A stretch of 37,681 bases of DNA from Pseudomonadota bacterium. Lineage in GTDB: Bacteria; UBA10199; 2-02-FULL-44-16; JAAZCA01. This document shows positions 18,353 through 27,427 of the stretch, one piece after another. The notes under the pieces are model-generated. The model did not search any database. It saw only the letters and a list, made by a program, of their open reading frames with translations, and was not told the DNA's origin. A program made the position numbers and the translations under genes. The stretch spans positions 1 through 37,681 of the forward strand of contig JBDRBN010000006.1 of assembly GCA_043822785.1 (NCBI GenBank), read 5' to 3'. Within the stretch, counting starts at the first letter, position 1. Every line of letters starts with the position of its first letter.

Positions 18353-18594
18353 GGAGCGGGTGGGTCGTTTTGCGATATCGCGGAGAGAGCCGATTTTGTT
18401 CGGCGAATGTTTGCCGGTCGTGCCTTGCTAGAACCTTGTGTTGCACGACGCCGACGGATGTTTGAGCCCCGACGGAGCCAAACAATGTTAAAGACATGAA
18501 GGCGCAGTCGGGGCGAGTTCCGTTGGCGATGGCAAACTGAGTCCGATACAAAATCGTGCGAGCGCAGCGTCTAGCAAATCGATCCACCCGCTTC
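18353..18594 (+). ncRNA. Candidate structured RNA or structured mobile repeat of unknown family
   Basis: Six nested or branched helices with G-U pairs favouring the + strand; no credible ORF. Confidence 0.5.
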
Positions 18595-18651
18595 AACACA
18601 ACAAAAAAAATATCTTCAACAACACTCCGAAAAAATTTATATATGATATAT

Positions 18652-18682
18652 AAAACCCCGATGGCGTTTAGCCACCGGGGTT
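18652..18682 (-). terminator. Intrinsic terminator of the PPIase gene
   Basis: Minus strand AACCCCGGUGGC-loop-GCCAUCGGGGUUUU. Confidence 0.8.
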
Positions 18683-18703
18683 GTTGTGTTTAAATATTTT
18701 ACA

Positions 18704-19801
18704 TTACTTCTTTGTAGTGCTCTCGGCAGTAGCCTCGGTGGCCGTAGCTTTTGCTTCTTCGGTCTTCTTTTCTTCAGTCACCAGGGCTTTTGTTTGCTCA
18801 GCCTTTTTCTCTGGTGCTGCAGCTGGTTTTGGTGCCTCGGCTTTTTTCTCTGCAGGCATGTCTGCGGCCTCTGGCTTTTCTATTATAGCTGGTGCAGGCT
18901 TGCCTTCCAGTTCTTTCTTTTCTTGGGGTTCTTCAGCATAAGCTATTTTTGCATCTTTTTTAAGACTATCCAGCAAGTTTGTGCGCGCATCTCCCTTGAC
19001 CTTGAACAGGATCGAAGCCTCTGCCTGATCATAGGGCTCAACTTCAATGCCGCGTGTTACCGTGATTATTTCGTAGCCGTTTGGCGTTTTGATAGGACCT
19101 GCAACTTCGCCGACCTTCATCTCAAATGCTTTTTCTAGAATTGGCTCATAGCCAAGAGCCAAAAGCCTTCTGTCTTTTCTTGAAACCAGTCCCAGGTTTC
19201 CACCGCGCGCCTTTGTGGAAGCGGAATCAGAGCCTTCCTTTGCAACTTCTGCAAAGTCTGCACCTTTATCGATCTTTGCTTTAAGCTCGTTGGCCAGCGC
19301 TAAAGCCTGCTGCTCGGTCCGCATCGATTCAGCCTTATTTCCTTTGGCCTTCTTCATATCCTCCGGAGTGCTGAAACTGACTTCTATCATCGAAAGGCCG
19401 AGCTGCTTAAATTCGTCTGGATTTTCGTCATAATACTTCTTTGCAGCGTCCTCCATCTCTTTTTCAACCAACGACTGCGCTATGATCACGCGGCGATAGA
19501 GATCGACTTTAGCCTTAACCTTTGGGTCGCGATTTAGGCCTTCTTTTGTGGCTTTTTGATAGAGCAAGCTTTGCTCGATCAGATTGTCGATTATACGTTT
19601 CTTGCCATCAGGCATTTCGAGCTGGCGTTGGATCCTTGGGTTGATCTCGCCTAGGAACTCAAGATCGCCTTCAGTGATCTTGTCGCCGTTTATCTCAACT
19701 AAGACTTTGCCTGATTTTGCGCCGCCGCCGCATCCGGCTATGTAAATTATTGCTACAATCGATGCTGCAACTGCAAGGGCACCTGCTTTCCATATCTTCA
19801 T
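18704..19801 (-). CDS. Parvulin-type peptidyl-prolyl isomerase lipoprotein (PrsA/SurA-like)
   Basis: Lipobox IAGC; DFAEVAKEGSD, GGNLG, GPIKTPNGY; low-complexity Ala/Glu/Lys tail. Confidence 0.88.
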   Translation of the reverse strand: MKIWKAGALAVAASIVAIIYIAGCGGGAKSGKVLVEINGDKITEGDLEFLGEINPRIQRQLEMPDGKKRIIDNLIEQSLLYQKATKEGLNRDPKVKAKVDLYRRVIIAQSLVEKEMEDAAKKYYDENPDEFKQLGLSMIEVSFSTPEDMKKAKGNKAESMRTEQQALALANELKAKIDKGADFAEVAKEGSDSASTKARGGNLGLVSRKDRRLLALGYEPILEKAFEMKVGEVAGPIKTPNGYEIITVTRGIEVEPYDQAEASILFKVKGDARTNLLDSLKKDAKIAYAEEPQEKKELEGKPAPAIIEKPEAADMPAEKKAEAPKPAAAPEKKAEQTKALVTEEKKTEEAKATATEATAESTTKK

Positions 19802-19897
19802 GATGATCTCCCCTCCTAATAATCAGTGATTAGTGACCAGTAACTAGTGACCAGAAAAGTTTAAATTCTATACACCTCTGGACATATCTATGTCAAA

Positions 19898-19952
19898 CCC
19901 TAGTGCTCTGCATTGTCGAAGCACTTGTACTGAGCTCTGTCGAAGCACTAGG
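19898..19952. repeat. Degenerate CTGAGC...GTCGAAG repeat pair
   Basis: tgtcgaagcact occurs twice, bracketed by cctagtgct / agcactagg. Confidence 0.6.
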
Positions 19953-20217
19953 CGATGTGAAAGCCCTGATATTTGCCGCTGGCCTCCTCCCAGGCTATAT
20001 CAACGCGCTCAACCCTGGCCATGTCAGGCCCTCTCCTACACCACTCCACGAATTCCTCAAGCCTTTTGCGGTTACCTTCGGCTATGGCCTCCACTGTTCC
20101 GTCTGGCCTGTTTACGGCACATCCTGAAAGTCCAAGCCGCATAGCAACCTCTCGTGTGTGGGCCCGAAAAAATACGCCCTGCACCATGCCGTGTATCACT
20201 ATGTGGACTCGTTCCAT
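19948..20217 (-). CDS. acyP: Acylphosphatase
   Basis: GMVQGVFFR, NRPDGTVE, GP motifs. Confidence 0.93.
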   Translation of the reverse strand: MERVHIVIHGMVQGVFFRAHTREVAMRLGLSGCAVNRPDGTVEAIAEGNRKRLEEFVEWCRRGPDMARVERVDIAWEEASGKYQGFHIA

Positions 20218-20301
20218 GCGCCAATGGATGCCAATATTCTTTGCCAAAATCAATAAGTTGTTGCAGTATCTGGCATCCGGTATCTTCCATCTATATATTT
20301 T

Positions 20302-20757
20302 ATGCGTATTCTCTGTCTGGACATAGGCACTAAGCGCATTGGAATGGCAGCTAGCGACCCTTTGGGTTTAATTGCTCAGGGAATGGGCGTTCTTGCCAGG
20401 CGCGGGGATCAGCGCGATTTTGAAGCCATTTCCAAGAAGTGTCAGGAACTAGATGCCCAGCTGATTCTCGTGGGTTTGCCACTCGACGAAGAAGGGCAAG
20501 TAGGACCCCAGGCTGCCAAGGTTAATGCCTTCTCAGAAAAGCTCAAAGCTTACATGCGTAAGCAAGGTATCGACATACCATTTAAGATGTGGGATGAGCG
20601 CTATTCCACAAAAGAGGCAGAAGGGCGCCTTATTGCCGCAGACGTAAGCCGAGCTAAGCGTAAGAAAGTTATAGATAAAATGGCTGCGGTGGTAATATTG
20701 GAAGACTATCTTTCAATGATACCTGATCCTGAGGGTGAGGAGGGAGCCCTGGGATGA
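20302..20757 (+). CDS. ruvX: YqgF/RuvX family RNase H-like nuclease
   Basis: LDIGTKRIG, VGLP, WDERYST, IDKMAAVVIL. Confidence 0.95.
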   Translation: MRILCLDIGTKRIGMAASDPLGLIAQGMGVLARRGDQRDFEAISKKCQELDAQLILVGLPLDEEGQVGPQAAKVNAFSEKLKAYMRKQGIDIPFKMWDERYSTKEAEGRLIAADVSRAKRKKVIDKMAAVVILEDYLSMIPDPEGEEGALG

Positions 20758-21767
20758 AGATATGCAAGAAGATATTTGTCGTCGCAGTGCTTTTGGTTTT
20801 GGTGGCCGTGGGCATATCTACAGCTGTCGTGTACTATGGCGCTACCAGGTGGAAATCGCCTGCAGCCAAAGAGGTTATCATAAGGCCCGGCTCTTCGCTT
20901 CGCAGCATATCACTTGAGCTTTCACGCCAAAAGGTCATTGGCACACCAAAGCTATTTGAGATCATAGCGCGCACCAGGGGCATAAGCCGCACTCTTCGCG
21001 CTGGCACATACGAGTTCACGGCCGGCATTACCTTAAACAAGGTGCTTGATAAGATCGCCAGCGGAGATGTTAAGCAATATGCATTCACCATCGTCGAGGG
21101 TTGGAATATAAATGAGATAGCTGCAGCGCTAGTGGACCAGCCATTTCTTGAAAGCACTGCAGTGCCTGAGAATTTTGTCAACCTGGCTCATGATCCAGAG
21201 TTCATATCTTCTCTGGGATTTACAGGCATCGGGTCTCTTGAAGGGTATCTGTTTCCTGAAACATATCTTGTAGAAAAGCCTTTGAATGCTGAAAAGCTTA
21301 TAATGCGCCTGGTGGCTCAATTCAACCAAGTGTGGGATGAGCTGCAATCAAAACCTGTGTACAATGAAAAAATATCACAGGCTGATGCACTGACGCTTGC
21401 GTCGATCGTTGAAAAGGAGACAGGTATTGCAATTGAGCGGCCTTTGGTGGCGTCTGTTTTCTTAAACCGCTTGAGAGCAGGCATGCCCCTTCAGAGCGAT
21501 CCGACCATTATATACGGCCTTAAGGATTTTGACGGCAACATCCGCAAGCAGGACATCAGCAATCCTCACGAGTATAACACCTATGTTCATCCAGGTCTTC
21601 CGCCAGGACCCATTGCAAATCCTGGCAAGGCTTCTTTAGAAGCTGTGCTAAATCCAGCAAAGACAGACTATTTTTATTTTGTCTCAAAGGGAAATGGTTC
21701 GCACGAATTTTCTAGTAAACTCTCAGAACATCTTAAGGCAGTGAGGGAGTATCAACTAAAGAAATAA
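20754..21767 (+). CDS. mltG: Endolytic transglycosylase
   Basis: LEGYLFPETY, LASIVEKE, LQSDPT, YNTY, GLPPGPI. Confidence 0.96.
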   Translation: MKICKKIFVVAVLLVLVAVGISTAVVYYGATRWKSPAAKEVIIRPGSSLRSISLELSRQKVIGTPKLFEIIARTRGISRTLRAGTYEFTAGITLNKVLDKIASGDVKQYAFTIVEGWNINEIAAALVDQPFLESTAVPENFVNLAHDPEFISSLGFTGIGSLEGYLFPETYLVEKPLNAEKLIMRLVAQFNQVWDELQSKPVYNEKISQADALTLASIVEKETGIAIERPLVASVFLNRLRAGMPLQSDPTIIYGLKDFDGNIRKQDISNPHEYNTYVHPGLPPGPIANPGKASLEAVLNPAKTDYFYFVSKGNGSHEFSSKLSEHLKAVREYQLKK

Positions 21768-21804
21768 GCGAGAAAGGCGAGACAAGCGAGACACGCGAGA
21801 AACG
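21768..21804. repeat. GCGAGAnnn nonamer tandem repeat (4 units)
   Basis: gcgagaaag gcgagacaa gcgagacac gcgagaaac. Confidence 0.8.
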
Positions 21805-21811
21805 TAAAATC

Positions 21812-23143
21812 ATGAAACCGATTATAATTAAAAACGCCTGCATTATTACCGGAGCAGGTTCTGTTTATCCAAATGGCTCCATCTATATGCGCGATGGGAA
21901 GATAGCCACTTTGGGCACATCTATAAAAACTCCTCGTGCATCAGATACGATCTCAATAGACGCTGGTGGGCGTTATGTATTGCCTGGTTTTATAAATCCT
22001 CACATGCATCTATACAGCGCGTTAGCTTGCGGTATGCAGGTGAGCAGGATGCGTTCGTTTGGACAGGTGCTCGAAGGGCTTTGGTGGAAGCTAGATAGGG
22101 CGCTTACCCTAGAGGAAATATATGTGAGCGCGCTCTTAGGCAGCACCGCGTCCATACGCGCTGGCGTGACCACAATCTTTGATCATCATGCAAGCTACGG
22201 TGCCATCATGGGTTCGCTTGGTGCCATATCCAAGGCCATTAGCGAAACGGGGCTTCGTGCTTGCCTGTGCTTTGAGATATCAGATCGCAATGGAAGGCGG
22301 GCGCGCGATATGGCTTTGGATGAATCTGCATCCTGGCTTGAGGTTGTGCGCACAGAGGCACATACAAATACAAAATTTATGCAGCGTGGTATGGTAGGCC
22401 TGCATGCTTCGATGACGCTTTCAGATTCCAGCTTAAGCATTGCCCGTGAGCTTATGAATTTATATGGGGTGGGAGCGCATGTTCATGTTGCTGAAGGCAT
22501 GCAGGATGTAAAAGCATCGCGCAAGGAATTTGGACTTTCTCCTGTGGCGCGGTTTGCCAAGGCCGGCATCCTAAACAACTGTTCGATCGCTGCACACTGC
22601 GTGCACACAGATGATCGCGACATAAACCTGCTTTCCAAGCGCGACCTTTGCGTGGCGCACAACCCGCTTTCAAATCTAAACAACGCTGTAGGCATAGCGC
22701 CCATATTAAAGATGGTGCACAAGGGCGTGGCTTGCTGCGTTGGAACCGATGGCATGAGCGCATCTGTTGCAGGCGATATCAAGCTCGCGTCGGTCGTGCA
22801 TAAGATCGCATCATCCGATGCGCAGGCAGGATGGGATGAGATGCGCTACATGGTATGGAGTGTGGCTCCATGGATTGCGTCTAGTTATTTTGGGTGCGAT
22901 GTAGGAGTTCTGCGAAAGGGAGCGGCTGCTGATGTCATAGTTATGGACGCTGTTCCAGATACTCCGCTGTCTAAAGAGAATGCTCTAGGACATCTGCTCT
23001 TTAGAATTTTGGATGCGCCTGTGAGGACAACAATAGTCGGCGGTCGAATACGCATGCGTGATTTTATGATTAAGGGTGTTGATGAGTTAGACCTTGCGCA
23101 GAGGGCGCATAAACTCGCAAAGGCCTTATGGAGGAGGATATAA
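21812..23143 (+). CDS. ssnA: SsnA-like amidohydrolase
   Basis: HMHLYSALA, LWWKLDRAL, DHHAS, GLHASMTLSD, HVHVAEG, GTDG. Confidence 0.88.
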   Translation: MKPIIIKNACIITGAGSVYPNGSIYMRDGKIATLGTSIKTPRASDTISIDAGGRYVLPGFINPHMHLYSALACGMQVSRMRSFGQVLEGLWWKLDRALTLEEIYVSALLGSTASIRAGVTTIFDHHASYGAIMGSLGAISKAISETGLRACLCFEISDRNGRRARDMALDESASWLEVVRTEAHTNTKFMQRGMVGLHASMTLSDSSLSIARELMNLYGVGAHVHVAEGMQDVKASRKEFGLSPVARFAKAGILNNCSIAAHCVHTDDRDINLLSKRDLCVAHNPLSNLNNAVGIAPILKMVHKGVACCVGTDGMSASVAGDIKLASVVHKIASSDAQAGWDEMRYMVWSVAPWIASSYFGCDVGVLRKGAAADVIVMDAVPDTPLSKENALGHLLFRILDAPVRTTIVGGRIRMRDFMIKGVDELDLAQRAHKLAKALWRRI

Positions 23144-24526
23144 ATGACACAGAATTACCTTTGGGGTCCTACTTTTGAGGAGATGCTCTATCCTGACAGG
23201 ATGCCTGCGAAGTTGCGATCTGAAGCGCTTTCTGCCCAGAACAAATATCCTCTTTCGCCTCTAAATCTTTTCAACATCAACTGGAGGGATGAAAAAAATA
23301 ATATTCGCTATGTGCTTCTGCCTAAGGAGCTTACCAATGTCGATGCTGAGATATGCGTGATCATAGGCTGCCACTTTCCTACAGGCAGCCACAAGGTTGG
23401 AGCCACGTATTCATGCACGGTGGAGAGACAAGCTTTTGAACGTATAAAGCCTGGTAGGGATAGGCTGGTTTGGCCATCCACTGGCAATTACGGCATAGGT
23501 GGCGCATATGTGGGCGAGAGGATGGGCTATGGTTCTATCGTGATCCTTCCAGAAGAGATGAGCCAGGAACGGTTTGATCAGATAAACCGCTTTGGCGCGC
23601 GTTACATAAAAACTCCGGGCTGTGAGTCAAACGTTAAAGAGATCTATGACAAAGCCCGAGAGCTTGCAGCTGAGATGGATACGGTGGTCATTAACCAATT
23701 TTCAGAATTTGGCAATTACAGGTTTCATTATTATGTCACTGGCAACACGCTTTTGGATTTGTTCGAAGATCTCAAAAAACAAGGCAAGGGCGAACGCTTC
23801 TCTGCTGTCGTATCTGCCATGGGATCAGCCGGCACCATAGCTTCTGGAGATAGAGTCAAGCAGGCGCACCCCTCATGTCGCGTGGTGGGGTTAGAGCCAG
23901 TGCAGTGCCCAACTCTTTATTCCAATGGCTATGGAGGCCACGATATCCAGGGCATTGGCGATAAACACGTTACATGGATACACCACACCGACAACATGGA
24001 TGCGGTGATGTGCATTGATGAGTGGGACTGCAAAAAGGGAATGCAGCTCTTGTATGAGAAAGAGGGGTTAAGCGCTGTTGAGTCCTATGGCGCAGACTCG
24101 GGTGTTTTGGAGTGCATGCAAGGTCTGTTTGGCATATCAAGCATATGCAACATCCTGGGCGCTATCAAGACCGCAAAGTTTTACAAGATGGGGCGAGGGG
24201 ATATCATCTTCACCATAGCTACTGATGGAGTGGATCGCTATTACAGCATTCTTAGCAAGATGGATGAAGCATTGGGTCGCATGGATTTGCCAGAGGCAGA
24301 GTGCAGGCTTCTTTGCATCTTTCATCGTCAGGGGCTTGACTACATACGAGAGGGCACTCGCCATGCGCGCGATTGTTGGGCAAATCTCAAGTACTATACA
24401 TGGGTTGAGCAGCAGGGTAAGGATGTAAAGGAGCTAAAGGCGCAGAGTTCTCATGAATACTGGGAGAAGGAACAATCAAAGGTAGAGGAGATCGACAGGC
24501 TTATTCGTGAAAAGAGAGGATTTTAA
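23144..24526 (+). CDS. Fold-type II PLP-dependent enzyme (cysteine-synthase-like, long form)
   Basis: GSHKVG (PLP Lys), PSTGNYG, GSAGT, HDIQGIG. Confidence 0.85.
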   Translation: MTQNYLWGPTFEEMLYPDRMPAKLRSEALSAQNKYPLSPLNLFNINWRDEKNNIRYVLLPKELTNVDAEICVIIGCHFPTGSHKVGATYSCTVERQAFERIKPGRDRLVWPSTGNYGIGGAYVGERMGYGSIVILPEEMSQERFDQINRFGARYIKTPGCESNVKEIYDKARELAAEMDTVVINQFSEFGNYRFHYYVTGNTLLDLFEDLKKQGKGERFSAVVSAMGSAGTIASGDRVKQAHPSCRVVGLEPVQCPTLYSNGYGGHDIQGIGDKHVTWIHHTDNMDAVMCIDEWDCKKGMQLLYEKEGLSAVESYGADSGVLECMQGLFGISSICNILGAIKTAKFYKMGRGDIIFTIATDGVDRYYSILSKMDEALGRMDLPEAECRLLCIFHRQGLDYIREGTRHARDCWANLKYYTWVEQQGKDVKELKAQSSHEYWEKEQSKVEEIDRLIREKRGF

Positions 24527-24550
24527 TATGCGAGACCAGCGAGACAGGAG

Positions 24551-24646
24551 TGTCATTGCGAGGAGTCCGGCTTTGCGGGACGACGAAGCAATCCTCTTAG
24601 CATTGTCGGATTTTAGGAGATTGCTTCGCTATCGCTCGCAATGACA
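24551..24646. repeat. REP-like element flanked by GCGAGA units
   Basis: TGTCATTGCGAG...CTCGCAATGACA; GCGAGA x2 at 24530-24547 and inverted TCTCGC at about 24654. Confidence 0.88.
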
Positions 24647-24682
24647 CTAATGATCTCGCAATTATTTATTTAGAGGATTACC

Positions 24683-26056
24683 ATGTTAGTAGCATCTAAC
24701 GCTAAAATTTCTATTGGTAAGGGTAATGAGACTCGCTTGGTACACATCCTCATCCAGGGTGAGACCATCCATAAAATCGTTCCTGCAACAGATCCAATAC
24801 CACCTAATGATGAGGTAATCGATGCTTCTGGTCTTTTAGTTCTTCCTGGTGCAATTGACCCGCATGTACATTTCAATACACCAGGCTATACATTTCACGA
24901 GGACTTCACGCATGGTTCAATGAGCGCGGCAGCTGGAGGCGTCACATGCGTGATCGACATGCCTGACACCTCTATCCCACCAGTTACAGATCAAGAGAGC
25001 TTTAGCACAAAGCTCAAGGTCATAAGCCAGATGTCGGTGATCGATTTTGGGCTGTGGGGAGGTGTTTCTGGAAATGCTTTGCGAGAGAGTGGCTGGCACA
25101 ACAATATGCGCGTTTTGAAAGAAGAGGGAGCAGTTGGGTTGAAGTGCTATCTCCTTTCAAGCATGCACACATTTCAGCATCTGATGCCGCTAGAACTTGT
25201 GGATGTGATGGGACGAGCAGCTGAGCTTGGGATGCTGGTTGGCCTACATGCTGAGGATCGAGATGTAGTTCAGAGGCGAACTGAAAAGATTATGGCTCAG
25301 GGCAGGCAAGATATACATGCTTATTATGAATCCAGGCGTGACCCTGCGGAATCCGATGGGATGAAACAAGGTGCAACTATTGCGAAGGAAACAGCGTGCT
25401 CTTTGCATATCGTGCATGTTGGTTCGGCTGCTGGTGCGGATTTTGTGACTGAGGTTCGTAAAGATGGCGCAGACATCACTATGGAAACTTGCGCTCATTA
25501 TCTGGCATTTTCTCACAAGGATATGGAAGAGCGGGGAGCAATACTTAAGACATCGCCGGTCATTAAGACCAAGGACGATTCAAAAAGGCTGTGGCAACAT
25601 TTAAGTGAAGGCAATATAGATTTTTTGGCATCAGATCATGCGCCATGCGCGCCCGACGAAAAGGAAACCGGCAATGTCTGGACGGATTATTCTGGCATCT
25701 CTGGCACAGAGCTTGTTTTGCCCTATGCCTTATCCGAAGGCTTTGCAAAGGGGCGAATCGATCTCTCTCGTCTTGTCAACATCACATCAACTAATGCTGC
25801 CAAACGCTTTGGGCTCTATCCTAGAAAAGGTGCGCTTGAAGTTGGCAGCGATGCTGATCTTGTGTTCGTAGATTCAGATCGTAAATGGACAGTGCGCGGT
25901 GCAGATTTTAAATCAAAGGGTAAATTTACTCCATTTGAAGGAGTCGAGTTTACAGGAAAAGTCGTGCGCACCATGTGCCGGGGCGTGACAGTCTTTGAAG
26001 AAGGCAGGGGGATTTTGGCCAAACCAGGGTTTGGTCAGTTTATTAGGCGCGATTAG
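24683..26056 (+). CDS. allB: Cyclic amidohydrolase, allantoinase/dihydropyrimidinase-like
   Basis: DPHVHFNTPG, GGVTCVIDMP, HAED, HIVH, SDHAP, GSDADLV. Confidence 0.8.
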   Translation: MLVASNAKISIGKGNETRLVHILIQGETIHKIVPATDPIPPNDEVIDASGLLVLPGAIDPHVHFNTPGYTFHEDFTHGSMSAAAGGVTCVIDMPDTSIPPVTDQESFSTKLKVISQMSVIDFGLWGGVSGNALRESGWHNNMRVLKEEGAVGLKCYLLSSMHTFQHLMPLELVDVMGRAAELGMLVGLHAEDRDVVQRRTEKIMAQGRQDIHAYYESRRDPAESDGMKQGATIAKETACSLHIVHVGSAAGADFVTEVRKDGADITMETCAHYLAFSHKDMEERGAILKTSPVIKTKDDSKRLWQHLSEGNIDFLASDHAPCAPDEKETGNVWTDYSGISGTELVLPYALSEGFAKGRIDLSRLVNITSTNAAKRFGLYPRKGALEVGSDADLVFVDSDRKWTVRGADFKSKGKFTPFEGVEFTGKVVRTMCRGVTVFEEGRGILAKPGFGQFIRRD

Positions 26057-26073
26057 TGCCCACTGTTTTTCAA

Positions 26074-26190
26074 AGGTGTCGGACCCTTAAATTTATATAA
26101 CATATTGAAAATAAAGAACAAATAAGTGTCCGACACTTATATTCGCGTAACATATTGAAATTAAAGAACAAAACAGGGTCCGACACTTAT
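26074..26190. repeat. 50-bp-period direct repeat with GTGTCCGACAC palindromes
   Basis: 26098-26140 resembles 26148-26190; perfect inverted repeat ATAAGTGTC-C-GACACTTAT. Confidence 0.85.
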
Positions 26191-26205
26191 TGTCAGGGGT
26201 AATGA

Positions 26206-27411
26206 ATGAAGAAGGCTGCCGACATTCTTAAAACAGCACAGAGCTGTGAGAGGGCTATTGCAAAATTCCTCTCTGACATCATTTCCATTCCCTCTTTTTC
26301 AGGCGATGAAGCGCGCGTTGTGGAACGCATTGGTTCTGAGATGGCAGATTGCGGCTTTGATGAAGTGCGCACAGACGGACTGGGATCGATCATAGGCAGG
26401 ATAGGCAAGGGCAAAAAGATCATCGCCTTTGATGCGCATATCGATGTGGTCGATGTGGGAAATCGTGATCTGTGGAGCTTTGATCCGTTCAAAGCCCATG
26501 TGCGCGATGGCAAGGTGTGGGGCAGGGGTGCAGCTGACCAAAAGGCTGGCATGGCCTCAATGATTTATGCCGGAAAAATCATCAAAGAGCTTGGCCTTGA
26601 GAACGATTACACGCTTTTATTTACAGGCACGGTCATGGAGGAAGATTGCGATGGCTTATGTTGGCAGCATCTGATCACAGAAGAAAATATAAAACCTGCA
26701 CTGTGTGTGATTACAGAACCAACCGGCTTAAACATATATCGCGGCCAGCGCGGCCGCATGGAGATGGAGGTCGTGGTAACCGGCCGCTCAGCGCACGGTT
26801 CTGCACCGGAGCGCGGTGACAATGCAGCCTACAAGATCGCGCGCATAGCTCTTGAGATTGAGCGGCTAAACGCCAGGCTCTTTGGCGATGATTTTCTAGG
26901 TAAGGGCACGATCGTGGTGAGTAAGCTAAGCTCACATGGCCCGTCTCTGTGCGCAGTGCCGGATGCAGCTCGCATCTATATCGACAGAAGGCTCGCAGCG
27001 AATGAGACAAAGGATCTCGCCATCGCCCAGGTTGAGGCGATGGCTGAACTTGAGAAGATCGATAGTTTTGAAGTCAGAGTGCCCATCTATCAAAAAGCCG
27101 CATACACAGGCAAAATCTATCCTATGGAAAAGTACTATCCTTCGTGGACCATTCCTGAAGACCATGAAGCAATTTTAGCTGCCAAGAGAACTTTTGGCGA
27201 TCTCTTTGGTAAGGCCCCTGAGATTGGTAAGTGGACGTTCTCTACAAATGGTGTGACCATATGCGGCGTACACGGCATACCTTGTGTGGGATTTGGTCCG
27301 GGATATGAAGAGCAGGCACATGCTCCAAACGAGTGGGTTCCTACAGAGCACCTCTGGAAGGCCGCTGCATTCTACGCCTGGTTTCCGCAGCAAATTTCTA
27401 CCATGCCCTGA
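26206..27411 (+). CDS. ygeY: YgeY family M20 metallohydrolase
   Basis: DAHIDVV, GRGAADQK, EEDCDGLCW, YRGQRGRME, WTFSTNGV, AHAPNE. Confidence 0.92.
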   Translation: MKKAADILKTAQSCERAIAKFLSDIISIPSFSGDEARVVERIGSEMADCGFDEVRTDGLGSIIGRIGKGKKIIAFDAHIDVVDVGNRDLWSFDPFKAHVRDGKVWGRGAADQKAGMASMIYAGKIIKELGLENDYTLLFTGTVMEEDCDGLCWQHLITEENIKPALCVITEPTGLNIYRGQRGRMEMEVVVTGRSAHGSAPERGDNAAYKIARIALEIERLNARLFGDDFLGKGTIVVSKLSSHGPSLCAVPDAARIYIDRRLAANETKDLAIAQVEAMAELEKIDSFEVRVPIYQKAAYTGKIYPMEKYYPSWTIPEDHEAILAAKRTFGDLFGKAPEIGKWTFSTNGVTICGVHGIPCVGFGPGYEEQAHAPNEWVPTEHLWKAAAFYAWFPQQISTMP

Positions 27412-27427
27412 ATAGTGTGAGGTTTGA

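Noticed and set aside
18303..18599. 98-aa minus-strand ORF, or assignment of the element as 6S, SRP or RNase P RNA
   Set aside because: The ORF has no RBS or recognisable motif and coincides with the paired element; diagnostic motifs of those RNAs were not found by eye.
26074..26190. Mini CRISPR array
   Set aside because: The would-be spacers are near-identical to each other, there are only 2-3 units, and no cas genes are present.
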